A DNA stretch of 64,000 bases, from the NCBI GenBank assembly GCA_973895155.1, contig OZ316895.1:3335659-3399658 (forward strand). The letters run 5' to 3'. Source of the stretch: Marsupella aquatica (lineage: Eukaryota; Plantae; Marchantiophyta). The notes under the pieces are model-generated. The model searched no databases. It was given only the letters and a program-made list of their open reading frames with translations, and was not told the origin of the DNA. A program made the position numbers and the translations under genes. Of the stretch, positions 52,075 to 64,000 are shown one piece after another. Position 1 is the stretch's first letter; every line of letters starts with the position of its first letter.

Positions 52075-55000
52075 CTAGAAGTGCTCCTTATGAAACTCAA
52101 ACTTAGTACTACTCTTTTGTGTATATTTTTTCGATAGGGCGTCCAGCTCTTTGGCCAGAGATGGTGCTCCGCAGTAAAACACTCCTGCAGAAGTACAGAT
52201 CAAGACCAATTCAATGACGTTAGAGAATGATAAGACATTGATAGCAGGGGTCCACATGCAGGAGTTACCAAAGCCTTCAACTCCGAGACGAAATTGCTAG
52301 ACGCACGCGAGAAGGGTACAATTCGTCCTGAGCTTACCGATTCTGGAATTAGGATGCGTGGCAGTAAGCCTAGAGAACACCTTTGGCCAATTCGGGCGAG
52401 CGAAGTGGGTACGAGCCTGTGAAACCGAATGCCCACAGTTGAGTTAATTTTCGACCTTCCGCCGTGACCATTATTATGACGAGAACAACAGTCTGTGCAT
52501 GACATCAGCGCGTGAGCAACTCACCCGCGTCCCAGAAACGATGTCGACACCACTTTTCGCGTGATGTAGCGCTTGCACCATCGTAATTAGAGCAGATCTC
52601 GCGTCCCCTTCCTCGTAAACACTAGTCAAATAATTGTGCATTTCGATGACTGCCTTTTGGTCAATCTCTGCAACCTCGTTCATTACGCCTTTAAACCACT
52701 CGAACGAACCTTGTTCGCGCGTGACCCAGTAGAAATATGCATTGGTTGGACCGCGGAACTTCCGCGATCTCCGTCCACTCTTCCTCATATAATCCCATGA
52801 CCTTCCAGGACTCTGATTTCCAGGGAACTTTAATACGTCCCGTAGTGTGGGACTGCCATCCTGTACAACACGAAAGAAAATCGCCGTCAATTTGGGCATA
52901 TATTGGCTCAGTATAGTTCTCAACCAGACGCTGTGCTTCTCGGGGGTGTACGTGCACGAAGAGGTTCCACTTACAGGTGCTTGCGTACATTCGGCTGACG
53001 GCATGGAATCGCTTGGTTGGGACGAAAATCCTTTAAAGGAGTCAGGAGGTGACAAGTTTTCGGGATTTCTTATGTTGTTCAGCATGTCTTTCAAGATGCT
53101 GATGAACGGCGTGGCACCGATGCCCAGTCCAACGAGCAGTAAGACATCATACTTGCGGAAATCCTGTGCCGGAGCACCGTAAGGCCCATCAATACTTAGC
53201 TTCGGAAAGGCATCCACTGTTCCTAAACTGAGCGCGTCCTCATATACTCTTTTCATTTCGTTAGTCCAGTCGCCAAGGGTTCGAATGTGTACACTGAGGT
53301 AGTCATCTCCCGGTGCAGATGTTATTGAAAAGGGATGCCTGTAACAGGACAAATTCCGTTAGAGCAAGGTCTTGTACGAGACTGACGACCAGTACGTCAA
53401 ACAGGCTAAGCATTGTAGAGCCCACTCCCTAATACAACATCCCCGACACGATCACAGGGGGACTCGAGAGTCTCACCATTCGAATTTGGAAATGGTCGGG
53501 CATTGGAGAAATATGTACATTCCACTTTTATACTTGAATCCAACAGGCTTCGACATGTGTAGAGCCAAGACGTTGCCTGGATAAATAGCAGCCTGAATTC
53601 AAACAATCCACGCGTCAGATGACACAAATTGCCAAAATCGTCCAATACAGTGCATAGATTTCTGCCCATAGATGGTCAGGAGTCCATAAATACCTTAAGG
53701 GTGCTAACTCTGTATTGACTTGCGCGAAAAGCCCGAAGAAATCGTTCACCACTGTAGAGAAGTAGCGGAACCAATAGGTACATCCAAGTCTGCTCACCAT
53801 CAGCACCAAAACCATCAGCACCAAAACCATAAGAAAACATGCAATTTCTGCGTAAACGAGCAAAATTATGCAAGCACGAGAAAACAGAACGGTATCCGAC
53901 CCAGACTCAGCCGCCACAGAACAAAGTTAGCAAAAGATGAAAGCTAATTCATCCTCGTTCAGTAAGGACTCACCGACTTCTGACGCCAATCATTTGTAAG
54001 TAACAGATACATCCCGTGCAAGACGAGGAGGATATACACAATCGCAAACATATGGTGGGAGTACCAAAATGCGTTGAAACCCGTCAGTCTGTGGAAAGGA
54101 AAAGGAAGTTTCACTATAGATTTTCGACACCGGTCAAAGGCAAGGAAGAATGCCACACTCATGAGCGCCACCATCATGAAACCCGTGATCACCACTGGTA
54201 ACAATAAAATCTTTCCATAAGTCGGCTGTACACCTCTAAATATGCTCGAACTACCGATATTCGTATAAAACACATCATAATCAACATTAGCCATCCTAGG
54301 AAAGTCGCACGCTAAGTGAGTCACAGCGTGAACAATCACTCCAAAGCCAATCGCTTTGGCGACGAGCTGCACAAGCAGAACCCCGGATAAGTACAAACTA
54401 CCTCTCAAGATAGTAGCGAAACCCAACAAATATGGTTTTACTTTTACAGAAATTGCAACAAGATAACCAGTTGAAATATACCTTATGAAACTTGATGTTG
54501 TCATCGAAGGGGATAATTGATCCAAAGAATGTAGAACGGAGCCACGTGATGGTATTTCGGCAAACCGGGAACAGAATTAGGGCCATATTGAGTTTCAGTG
54601 TCTCGGCAGCACCCTTCGCCGTACACACGCAGTACCCCATCACCACAAAGGAAGAACGATTTCGGTATTGGAAAAATTTCCACGTAAAAAGCACGGCCAT
54701 CGCAGTGACCCATAAGGAAACAATGGTGATTCGTTGCCAATAATCATGAAGGTGCAAACTAATATTCCTTGAATAACATTGCCATCTGGTTCTCAGCTTC
54801 TGGGGCACCAGCTGCTGACTAAAACTCTGTTGAGCATCATTACTAAAACTCTGTTGCGCATCATGTACAGAAGGACCTGGTTGTCGCATGAGCATCTCCA
54901 ATTGTGACAGCTGTATCCAGACAAGCAAAACGCAGACGATGATAAATGAGAATTAAAACAGATCGATACAAAAATCATTTCAAGATCAATGTAGTGAGTG

Positions 55001-56703
55001 CCGTTCAGAGTACACCAATATGATGGAGGCAACGCAAGCGTAACGCGAAAAAGTACCTCAATGTAGCCTTTATGATGCCGATCAAGTTCCTCCATTATAA
55101 GTGCCGCATATTCCTCTGCCTGTTCCTGGAGGATGGAGAGCTTGTTCGCAGAAGCGCTCAAGAGGATCACCTGCACCATCCAGTGAAGACTGTGACTCTC
55201 ATGCACCGACGAGCCATGCAGCAAGATGCAGGAGCAAGCTAAGCGCATTGGTCGCACCGCAAACTACGATAGTGTAGTGCTAAAGCGATCGATCTCCGAA
55301 ATTTCCGGGAATTACCTCCTTAACTTCTTCTTCCGATATACAACCGTCCGAATCTTTGTCGCATCTGCATGCCAAACACATCACACGATGTTAGATAATA
55401 CATTTCTGGGTAAGGAAAGCCTTTCAAGAAAATGAGAGGCAGAAGTTTTTTTCAGGAAAGCCACTTACAGATCAAAGAAGAGCTGCATGCGAGCGTCGAA
55501 ACTAGTGTCCGTAATCTGTCGCCAATACTCGTAAAGCTCTTCTTTGGTGATTTTCTCTTTGCACTTCTCTTGCAGATGAAACTTTCGTCGGGTGAGGGCA
55601 TCCAGGAGCTCCCCTGCGAATACCTCCGAATCCTTCATTCCTGCACATCGGCAAGGCTACTACCCTCGTTATACAACTCTCGGAATAACTCTCCAAAGAT
55701 TCAAATGACACGACTGCACTGGCCTCGGTAAGACTGTCAAGACTCGAGTTTCAAGCCCTTGAAAAGAGATCACACGACAGGTTCAATGAAAGAGCAGAAA
55801 TGGTGTAAACAACTCGTACATAGAAAAATACTAGACAGAGGCGTCCACATCATACGAGGGAACATGGTTGCTCCAAATGCGGTGATCTTAGTAGGAAGAT
55901 TAAGATGGGAAGAGGACATCTCAAAGATAAAACACAAAGGAATGAGAAGTGCGCTCACCTATACAAGTAGCAAAATCACTCCGACTGATCGTCGCATCAG
56001 CAGATGCTAACTGGCAGAATCGTGCCTCAACAGCTTTCCATAAGGGCTGTTCACCAGAGCTGATACTGATTGTCGCCTTGCTTATATTTCTAAGACCCTC
56101 TAGTGCATGCCCTGCCCCAGAAGAAGTTCTCGATAATCGCCCAGTACCTGGGGTTGATATCCTCGAAAGAGGGGTACCCCTAGGGGTTGCTCTCCAATGA
56201 GGAGTACTCCTGCCAACATTAGAGAGCCACGGAAGAGGGGTATTTCTCGGAGTAGGTCTGGAACTAGGAGTACTCCAAGTACTCCGAGGAGGAATTTGCG
56301 AGACTTGATCTTCATCTCTCTCCGGAGAAAAAGCTAACGGAGTGACACGTGCACCAGGACTTGTATGTCTTGAACTGCGTCTCCCATCCTGTGACTCTTG
56401 GTCAAGAGGTGAAGTACCGCGTGAAGAACTCAAAGAACTTCTTCTCTCCGCGCCCTCCACCGATAATTTTTTGTCTGTATTGCTGTTTCCAACACTTCTC
56501 AACGTTACGGATTCATTGTCAACATCAAGTAAGACCTCTAGCACCACATGCTCGAGCTTCTCGGCGTCTTTTCCTGCGTCACTGACTTGTTGAAGAAGGC
56601 CCCTGAGATGTGAACTCACCGAGTCGGAAGCTTCCATTTCCATTTCATGAGTTGCTTTCGGTCGCGAAGGAGGTGTATGAAACTCCGGACCATCATTCAT
56701 CAT
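52075..56703 (-). CDS. RBOH: Respiratory burst oxidase homolog (NADPH oxidase); exons 56703-55959, 55640-55469, 55364-55316, 55170-55057, 54910-54482, 54366-53974, 53789-53694, 53592-53477, 53338-52975, 52860-52525, 52416-52338, 52184-52075
   Basis: EF-hand [15 protein letters not shown]; SASANKLS...[13 protein letters not shown]; [28 protein letters not shown]; haem His motifs (FHK, HAVTH, FWYSHH, LHG); FAD motif HPFSITSAP; NADPH motifs DGPYG and GLGIGATPF; FYCG; C-terminus FEFHKEHF*. All introns are GT-AG. Confidence 0.96.
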
Positions 56704-57899
56704 ATTGATTACCCAACTTTTCCCGTCAACAGCAGCAGTGATCTATTTTTTATGACGTAAAGATGATGAGAGTAATGCGAGAGACCTGAGCTGAGCTCTC
56801 GAACGACTCCTTTCCAAATGTCTGCACTAATTGGGGATGAAGCTTCCCAATGGACCAGCGGCAGGGCATCGACTACTCAACACGAATACCACGATAAATG
56901 AGTGTTGTCAGCTGCTCAGATTTCACGATTCCCCGCACAACTTCCACCGACAGATCTGCCGAACGCTGCAAACTCGTTCGAACCTGTACCATTATCTCGG
57001 GGCCCTACTGAAGAGCTTGCAAAATTACAGACAACAAAAGACATCTTCAAAAACGTACGTTCCCGGGTCTACACCACCTTCAATCATGGTGCCGCTCGAC
57101 GACGACCAGCACTTCCCCATTCTCGAACAATGCCAGATTTATTGTTTCGCCTCTAAACCTTGTCATTCTCAAGCTGCTGATATTCTGACACCACCAGAAT
57201 TCGCAGGCCAGCGAAGAATTTCTTGCTAAACATTGAGCTCCTGCGATTGGCAGTCTTTACCATGACAAGCTATGATAAATACCCATCCGATTTAATTTCC
57301 ACATCTCCAAGACATTAAGTGAAAAGCCATGTTGCACGGATCCATCTGACGTAAAATAGTAAGCCCCTTGGCAATCCCGCGCTTGACCACCAAATCCCTG
57401 CAAAGTAGACCTTCAACGCACATCGTCTCAAGGCAATGACAAAGCACGTCAAAGTACACAACAAACACTCCAGTCCAGGCCGCCACGCTGACCGAAGAAC
57501 GCCACGCCGAAGAATCCAAACACCACAAATTTATTTAACAAATCGATACTGTCATCCCTCCTTTGCAACTGTCCACAAGCGGTGGACACAATCTTTCCGC
57601 TACTGCCTCACACGCAGACAGCTCGATCCAGTTCCGAGGTACGTTCGTCGTAATAGATACAACCCACAGCAGGACTCAATCGAGCAATCGAACGATCGTT
57701 CGACCAACGATGTAGCCACTGTGCATGGGAGGGGATAGATCGACTAAAACTCTAAAACTCAAAACCACAAAATCACAAATCACTGTTGCAGTGAGTCCTT
57801 CTATACAGAGAGCTAATGTGAGCGAGTAGTAAAGTTGTCCTAGAGTAGATGACAGAAGCCATCCTCGACGAGGAGGGTAACACAAGCACGCGCTCCCAG

Positions 57900-58410
57900 T
57901 CCAGGCAGGGGACGGGACGGGACGGACGGGGCGGGACTCATGCACACTAACTACTACTACGACGACCAGCTTAATAATAATAAGACCCTCGTGTGGCTCG
58001 CGCCTGGAGCATACCTCTCCACAGTGCCCATCACTCTGCTCCACTTGGTAGTTTTGAACTACTCGTCCAGCTCGGACGCTCCCCTTAAGGGGGCGCGCTG
58101 AACGGGGACAGCAGTCGCCCCCTCCCCCCGGCCCCCTCCCACCCCCTCCTCTTTCTCTCGGCCCCACATCCCGGATCAGCCCGGCACCCCAATCTAAGCG
58201 GGCCCGGTTAAGTCCAGGCCAGCCTTTAGAGTTTAGAGGCGACCCGACCCGGCGGATCGCGACCATACCCGCCAGCTTGCCTGCCTGGCGGCCTGTCGGA
58301 CCTGCTTGGGAGTGACGCACGGACCGGTCCCTCTCTGACCCTCGCTGCAGCCAGGCCTCGCGTGTCCCTAGGCCTGTCCGTGAGAGCAACTCGTCCCGTG
58401 TCCTTCCGTC
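57900..58410 (-). promoter_or_regulatory. GC-rich region upstream of RBOH (putative promoter)
   Basis: Sharp CpG/GC-rich island with a (ggacg)n run and C-tracts, 1.2-1.7 kb upstream of the RBOH start. Confidence 0.35.
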
Positions 58411-61400
58411 CGGGAACGAGATGAGTCTTGTTACGGTGGTTGCGCTGGAGGGACCGCGGTTATGGACGGCCCTCGGTATGGGGGCATTATTGATTTATTA
58501 TTATTATTGAATGATTATTGATTGATGAAAGAACGGGCTCCTTTTCTCTTTGTTCGTTTGGAAGGGATTTATGTTCCTTTTATTCAAGCCCCGTCATCTT
58601 TTTGTACTCATATTCATTAATGAACAGCTTTTCTGTTGAGAATGTAGATAGAGCTAGTTAGAGATTGACCTTTAGCAGGGCCAACGCAGATAGTATGTTG
58701 AACCACGCCCAGGAGTGTAACATGCACCTTAATTCTTGTTGGGAAATAGACGCATCTGCCCACCAATTTCATTTCAGTTACAATAATAACATACACATGG
58801 AATGGTTTGAAATTCGACTTGTTAGACTAAACTTTCTATCGACCATTGGATAGTGTCTCACCTAGCCCACTGTTATACTTAAAATGTAGGGAGAGTCAAT
58901 CAATCTCGGAAAATTAGATAATTAATTCTTAGAATCGTCTCTTTGACTTGCCACAAGAAAATCTTCAAAAATTACGCTCCTCAATACACTGTACTGTCGA
59001 TTTAGAAGGCCCTTGGCATTTCGCCAAACGCTACATTCATAGTCGAGTCCGTTCCCTTTCCTTGATAACAAAACCTCGTCGTTATGGCAATGACAGCAGC
59101 TTCAAGTACGGGATTTATGGACTGTGCCAACCCATAGCAGGGTACTTAATACCAGTTTGGACGGTTGGAGAATATGCCAAGAATGTTTCTCTCAGACCGT
59201 AGATGTTTCAGATCGACGGACACAGTAAACCTGGCAGGACTCTCGAGAGCGCACAACTTTGAATCGCCCCTTTCAGAAATTAATGCCCCACTGTCCGACC
59301 CAAGAACTCTCTGACTGTACCCTGTACTCTTACGGAATGTGTCATAACTCCCACCCAGCTTTCTGATGGAGCCTTTACTTTACATCTGCTTACAATCTCT
59401 GTTACTACTGTAGTTATGAAGTCAGTTATTTTTCCTTTTCTTTCCTTTTGGTCAGTTGTGTGGTTGCCTTTGAGCACTGGTGTGCCTTCCGCTCCCACCC
59501 AAAGAGACGTTGACAGCGCAGTAGCCCGTGACAGAATGAAAGAATAGAATAGAATAAATTTGCAATGGTCAAGGGGACGAAGATGAATTTTGTGACGTCC
59601 GCTAGAAAGAGAAATATTGCGGTCCCAGACTGCACGACATACAGTATATCTTGATATTTACAGTTGTAAATATCTCTCCTGTCATGTCATCCTCGGACCC
59701 TACCTGTGGCCTCTCTTACAGCATCATCTTACCAGTTACGTGTCATGGTGGTGCTATTTTTCGTCAATTAATGTAACAACGCAAAGTGATCCTCCTCTTC
59801 TAGTGTTCTTTCTCAGCAAACAACTCTCCACCAGAAAGTAAAGCTTTGAAAGTATCAACCATGGAGTTGTACTGTAGTTTGAATTACATCATTGACACGG
59901 GCTTGCAACACTTAAGTTGAATTCTCTCACGTGACAAAAGTTTTATGAACGCTTTACACTCTTACACATGCCTGAAGTCAATAGTTCTCCACCAGCGAGT
60001 TCTACCCTTAGGATTGTCATTTCACCCTTGACACGGATTTGTCACAATTACAGTTCTCTCAAGTACTAGTAGAAGCCTTACCTAGGCTTTCGACTTTTAC
60101 ACATGATTGGGGCAATCCCTTATTAACCTTCAGATATTAATTTGATGATTGGAGTACAGGAATTTGTAGTGGGATGCAACTGACAGTCCACTCGGGCCAA
60201 GACATTGGGGCCAGAAAACTGGTTCGATCTCGTCAACTACAAGTTAAGTCTCGTCTCGATTTCTGTCGCTCCATGACCTATGAATCCGTTTGCGATTGAA
60301 AAGCAGAAAAGTGAGTAGGATTCCTTACGGCGTGACTCCTTACGACGATTCCCTGTCAGTGTTTGGATCAAGTCCAATAGAAGTTTATTATGTGTTGTCC
60401 TTAGTTAAAGAATCCATTTTGTCCATTAGAATAAACGTATGTCCTTGAGGGCTCATTGACGAATGGACGGGAGGCTGCTATGCAGTCAGCTGACAAAACC
60501 GGGAATCAATGGGTAAATCGTATACAATTACATATGTCAAGGTAAAGGCCAAACTGACAAGATTAATGAATGGCCAAAGAGCACCGCGATTGGCCTCCTT
60601 CTGTGGTGTTCCTCGGCTGTTTTTCTGATTTGATAAATTTTCTGGAAACGAGCTGCCCATTCTAGACATGAAAGAAGATCACCCTGGCTACGGAAAGCCC
60701 AAGAACAAAAGTTTGCAAGTCAAAAACTCCACACTCATTTCCAGTTCAAGACCGCCAATGATCCTGTCAGTGACTGAAAACGCCATGAAACATTGATTGT
60801 ATCGTGCAAAAGTCCACGGTTTCCAAGATTGGTTAAGCAGCTTCTAGAAGAGATCTGTCTGCAGTTTTTGGAGTCTATGCCCTTGTTGCTCTGTCGGAAT
60901 CAATGGACCTTTGTTTTCCTTTGTTTTACGAAAACAAATCTCAGAATTGTCTCTCTGTCAGTGGTGGAATTCACATTTTATTGTGTACCTCGATTAGGCT
61001 GTCCTTAGGTGAGTGTTTCATTCAGGCAGCACCGAATTACTCAATGGGAGCGAACACAACCATGCATCGTGCGTGCAAATTGTGTTACATTATAGTAATC
61101 ACAGTATATTTTGGGTGATTGCGACAGTCCCATTCGGATAGAAATCATCGTTTGAGCCAGTCAGGCATCGTTCACTTCTAGATTCAATATTCCCAATTCC
61201 TCGGATGACGGCTGGCCAATAGCCTATGCTTTAGGGCAATCCAATTACCCTGTATAATCCGTATAATCTGTATAATCTGTGGCCGTCCTTCATCCTATCA
61301 CCAATCGAAATATTTGTGCCTTTCGGGGATTGAGGAATTTGTCTCTCGATTCGATCACACACATAGTAGTGCTGCAAACCACATACACTGCTTCTTCGTA

Positions 61401-63784
61401 TTTATCGTAACGACTTGAACTCACCACAAAATTGTAGATCAAAAATATTCGTGGCGGCATAAAAAAATCTGATCTAACCCAACTTGTCTGCAAGTGTATT
61501 CCCTTTTTCAGAATCGAAGTTATACTGCGAATTGACGAATGAGATACTGAAATACGAATTTGTTCTTTGTGTGTTCGAGAGAAAAATTCGTAAGTTTTTG
61601 CATCCTCACAATTAGTCAACAAATGTTACCTTTTCGCCTCCCTTTTCTCGTGTAAAACGAATGCAGTCGTCATACGTCCTGACAGTAACGCCCAACGAAG
61701 TACGGTATCGGTTGCTGGGATACACGGGTTCTCCAAAGTACTGTAGAGTGTCAGCGCAATCTCGTTTGGCAGCCACTTGTTTTGGCTGAAGTTGCCAAAC
61801 TTCAATTATACTCAATGCTCACTTACATGCCCCATGAATACTTTGACTCCATCTCCTCCCATCCCATCACTAAAAGACCAGAAGAGGTCTAAGAGCCTTG
61901 TTCCATGTTGGGCGGTCTCCATCCAGGGGTCCACCCAAGAGCATGGGACAATTAACACCAAGATCGTTGAATTTCAAGGTGGCAATCTTCACACAGCAGC
62001 ACAGCTCGGGAAACCTCTAGCTGTTGGGGGCCCCGCACGGAACAAGGCTCTAAATCACACTCAAAGTGTAAGGGTACCCAAAGCAAGAGATCTAATTCGT
62101 ATCTTTAGTTAGACTCAAGTTCAAGGTACATAACTATATGAGCTTTGCGTATGATTGAAGAGTCAGTATAGCTTGAGATTGCGATTTCTCTCCATTCAAC
62201 CTCTCCTTCACTGTTGCAACAGGCTCACACACATAAAATAGGGGAACTAGATCACTAATAAGAGTATCAAACTTCCTTTTACTGGTTTATCCTGAAATCA
62301 TGAGGTGCGTGTAGTTGAAACCTGGATGAACCCCTCAAAACAACAACCATCTGCACACACAAAACGTCTAGGCACCAAATTGAGAACAACACCAAACATG
62401 AGAGAAGATCGAAGAGAGACTTTGCATCTAGGCACCACCAAAATGAGAACAAGAGGAAGAAGAAAGAGGGTAAGAGTGAGGAGAGAATCGTTAAAGCGAA
62501 CCAAGCAGAAGAGAAGCTCCAGGAAAGGGTCTAATACATTCGACGCCGATGAGTAGACAAAATTCAGTGATACGTCTCAAACCAAACATTGAAATTGTGT
62601 CACGCATGCTAAGCTACTCAATTACTTCACGGAACACTTGAAAAAAATAACCATTTATCCACCACCACAAGGAAACTAGTTACCATGCGGTAAGTGAATT
62701 TTCAAAGAACGTGTTACGGTCCTACCAATCATCATTGTGGGTAATTTTGAGAGTTGAATTACAGGTAGAATCACACTAAACGTCAATGCCGCCTTCTTGC
62801 TTATCATTATGCCTCACACGAGCATCAACGTCATTATGTACAGCAACAATGCGTACAAAGTACAAGCGTTCATGTCTACCATGGTTTGGACTATGCTTAT
62901 TATGATTGGAGGAAAGGACTTAAGTGGCCCCCTCTAGCATCTTATCACAAAATGGATTTGATCAGGCCTCTTGGATAGTAGACCGTCCAAAATTCAAAAA
63001 TACCAACTCTGTTTCAATCCAAGGTATATGGTTATTAGCTATTTACTACTTTGTCCTCCAAATTATTCAATATTGTTAACATGTCACAAAAACAAAATTA
63101 ATTATCAACATGTAGTTTTTTTTGTATTTAGATTAATATTAACTTGTATATGGGTTCCATTGTCATGTGACAAGTTGTTACTGGATAGTTTGAGCCCACC
63201 GCCACACCCCTTGGCTCCCCTTCCTTGGCTACGGGAACCCATAGCCGAGTTAATTTAACCCAAATATAAAACAAGGAACAGGTTGATAATTAATTTTGTT
63301 TGGGGTACAGGTTCATAATATTGGGTAGTTTAGGGGACAGGTTAATAAAAAATTGATAAGGTATTCTGCAATAGTCTCCATCGGGTTTACCTCTGCTACA
63401 TCGGGCACGCACTACATACTTGGGGCGCCACAAAACTTACAAAATGTCATTTTTTGAGAAACCCTAACATTTCACTGGATAACTAGAATAGATGAGTTTT
63501 GTTTGTTGAAGTGAAAATTGTTTGGTGTGATTACTAAAGTTCAACCTACCTATTGAAAAAGAAAGTTGGGACTTTTTGGACATGACCTTTTGAACATAGC
63601 ACTCAATCTTATGTCCTCAAACGGGAAAGGTTGCTGCTTGAAAACGCTCGGTCACTGTGATTCTGAGCATGGTTCGTGGTTGAAATGGCTCTAGTGACAA
63701 GTGACCCAATTTGGTCTTTGTGAGGCAGAAACTCACTTTATAAGAACTTTTAGAAGAACAAAAGGTACGGATCATAAAGAGGAG

Positions 63785-63863
63785 GTCGATTGGGGCAAAA
63801 ATGTTTCCAGGGGGCTGATCAAGCAAACTATCACCAGGAGGGGGTCTATTGAGCATATCCCTT
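63785..63863. mobile_element. Partial MITE-like copy 3, inverted relative to copy 2
   Basis: agggggctgatcaagcaaactatcaccaggagggggtctattgagcatatccct resembles the reverse complement of 44916-44969, agagggttgattaagcaaactttttccagaagaggtctactaagcatatccctc. Confidence 0.55.
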
Positions 63864-64000
63864 GCATTTAACCACCGTTACCATTGTTGGACTCCTTGTG
63901 GTGATGTGCATGCAACCACTGGCATTATTGAGTCAAACAGTTTGCAACTTACTTTGGATGAAGTGCGGTCTTTGTTGTGGTATGTTTTTCCATGGCGCGG

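Noticed and set aside
57676-58389. 237-aa minus-strand ORF upstream of RBOH
   Set aside because: Non-ATG start, low complexity, and explained by stop-poor GC-rich promoter DNA.

Overview
Eukaryotic land-plant genomic DNA; the compact GT-AG introns and gene content suggest a bryophyte such as a liverwort, but that is inference. Four genes are supported. (1) An intronless secreted protein (1410-2714, -) with seven R-Y-x-x-G-[HY]-Y repeats and a Protodermal factor 1-like C-terminal domain. (2) A small three-exon COMM-domain gene (8792-9918, +) that the ORF track only shows in part. (3) An ASCC3/DExH14-type Ski2-like double-cassette helicase with about 50 exons (13674-33008, +). (4) A 12-exon RBOH NADPH oxidase (52075-56703, -). 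A young full-length Ty1/copia element (35226-40667, -) has 293-bp LTRs differing at one base, an ACTTT target-site duplication, one nonsense codon and one frameshift. It sits inside an older element with long inverted termini. The intergenic DNA also holds an LRR pseudogene fragment, three copies of a MITE-like family, a fold-back hairpin and several tandem duplications. The most interesting items are the Tyr-repeat secreted protein and the COMM-only gene, whose upstream region is a diverged copy of helicase intron 1. Exon boundaries were read by eye and no searches were run.
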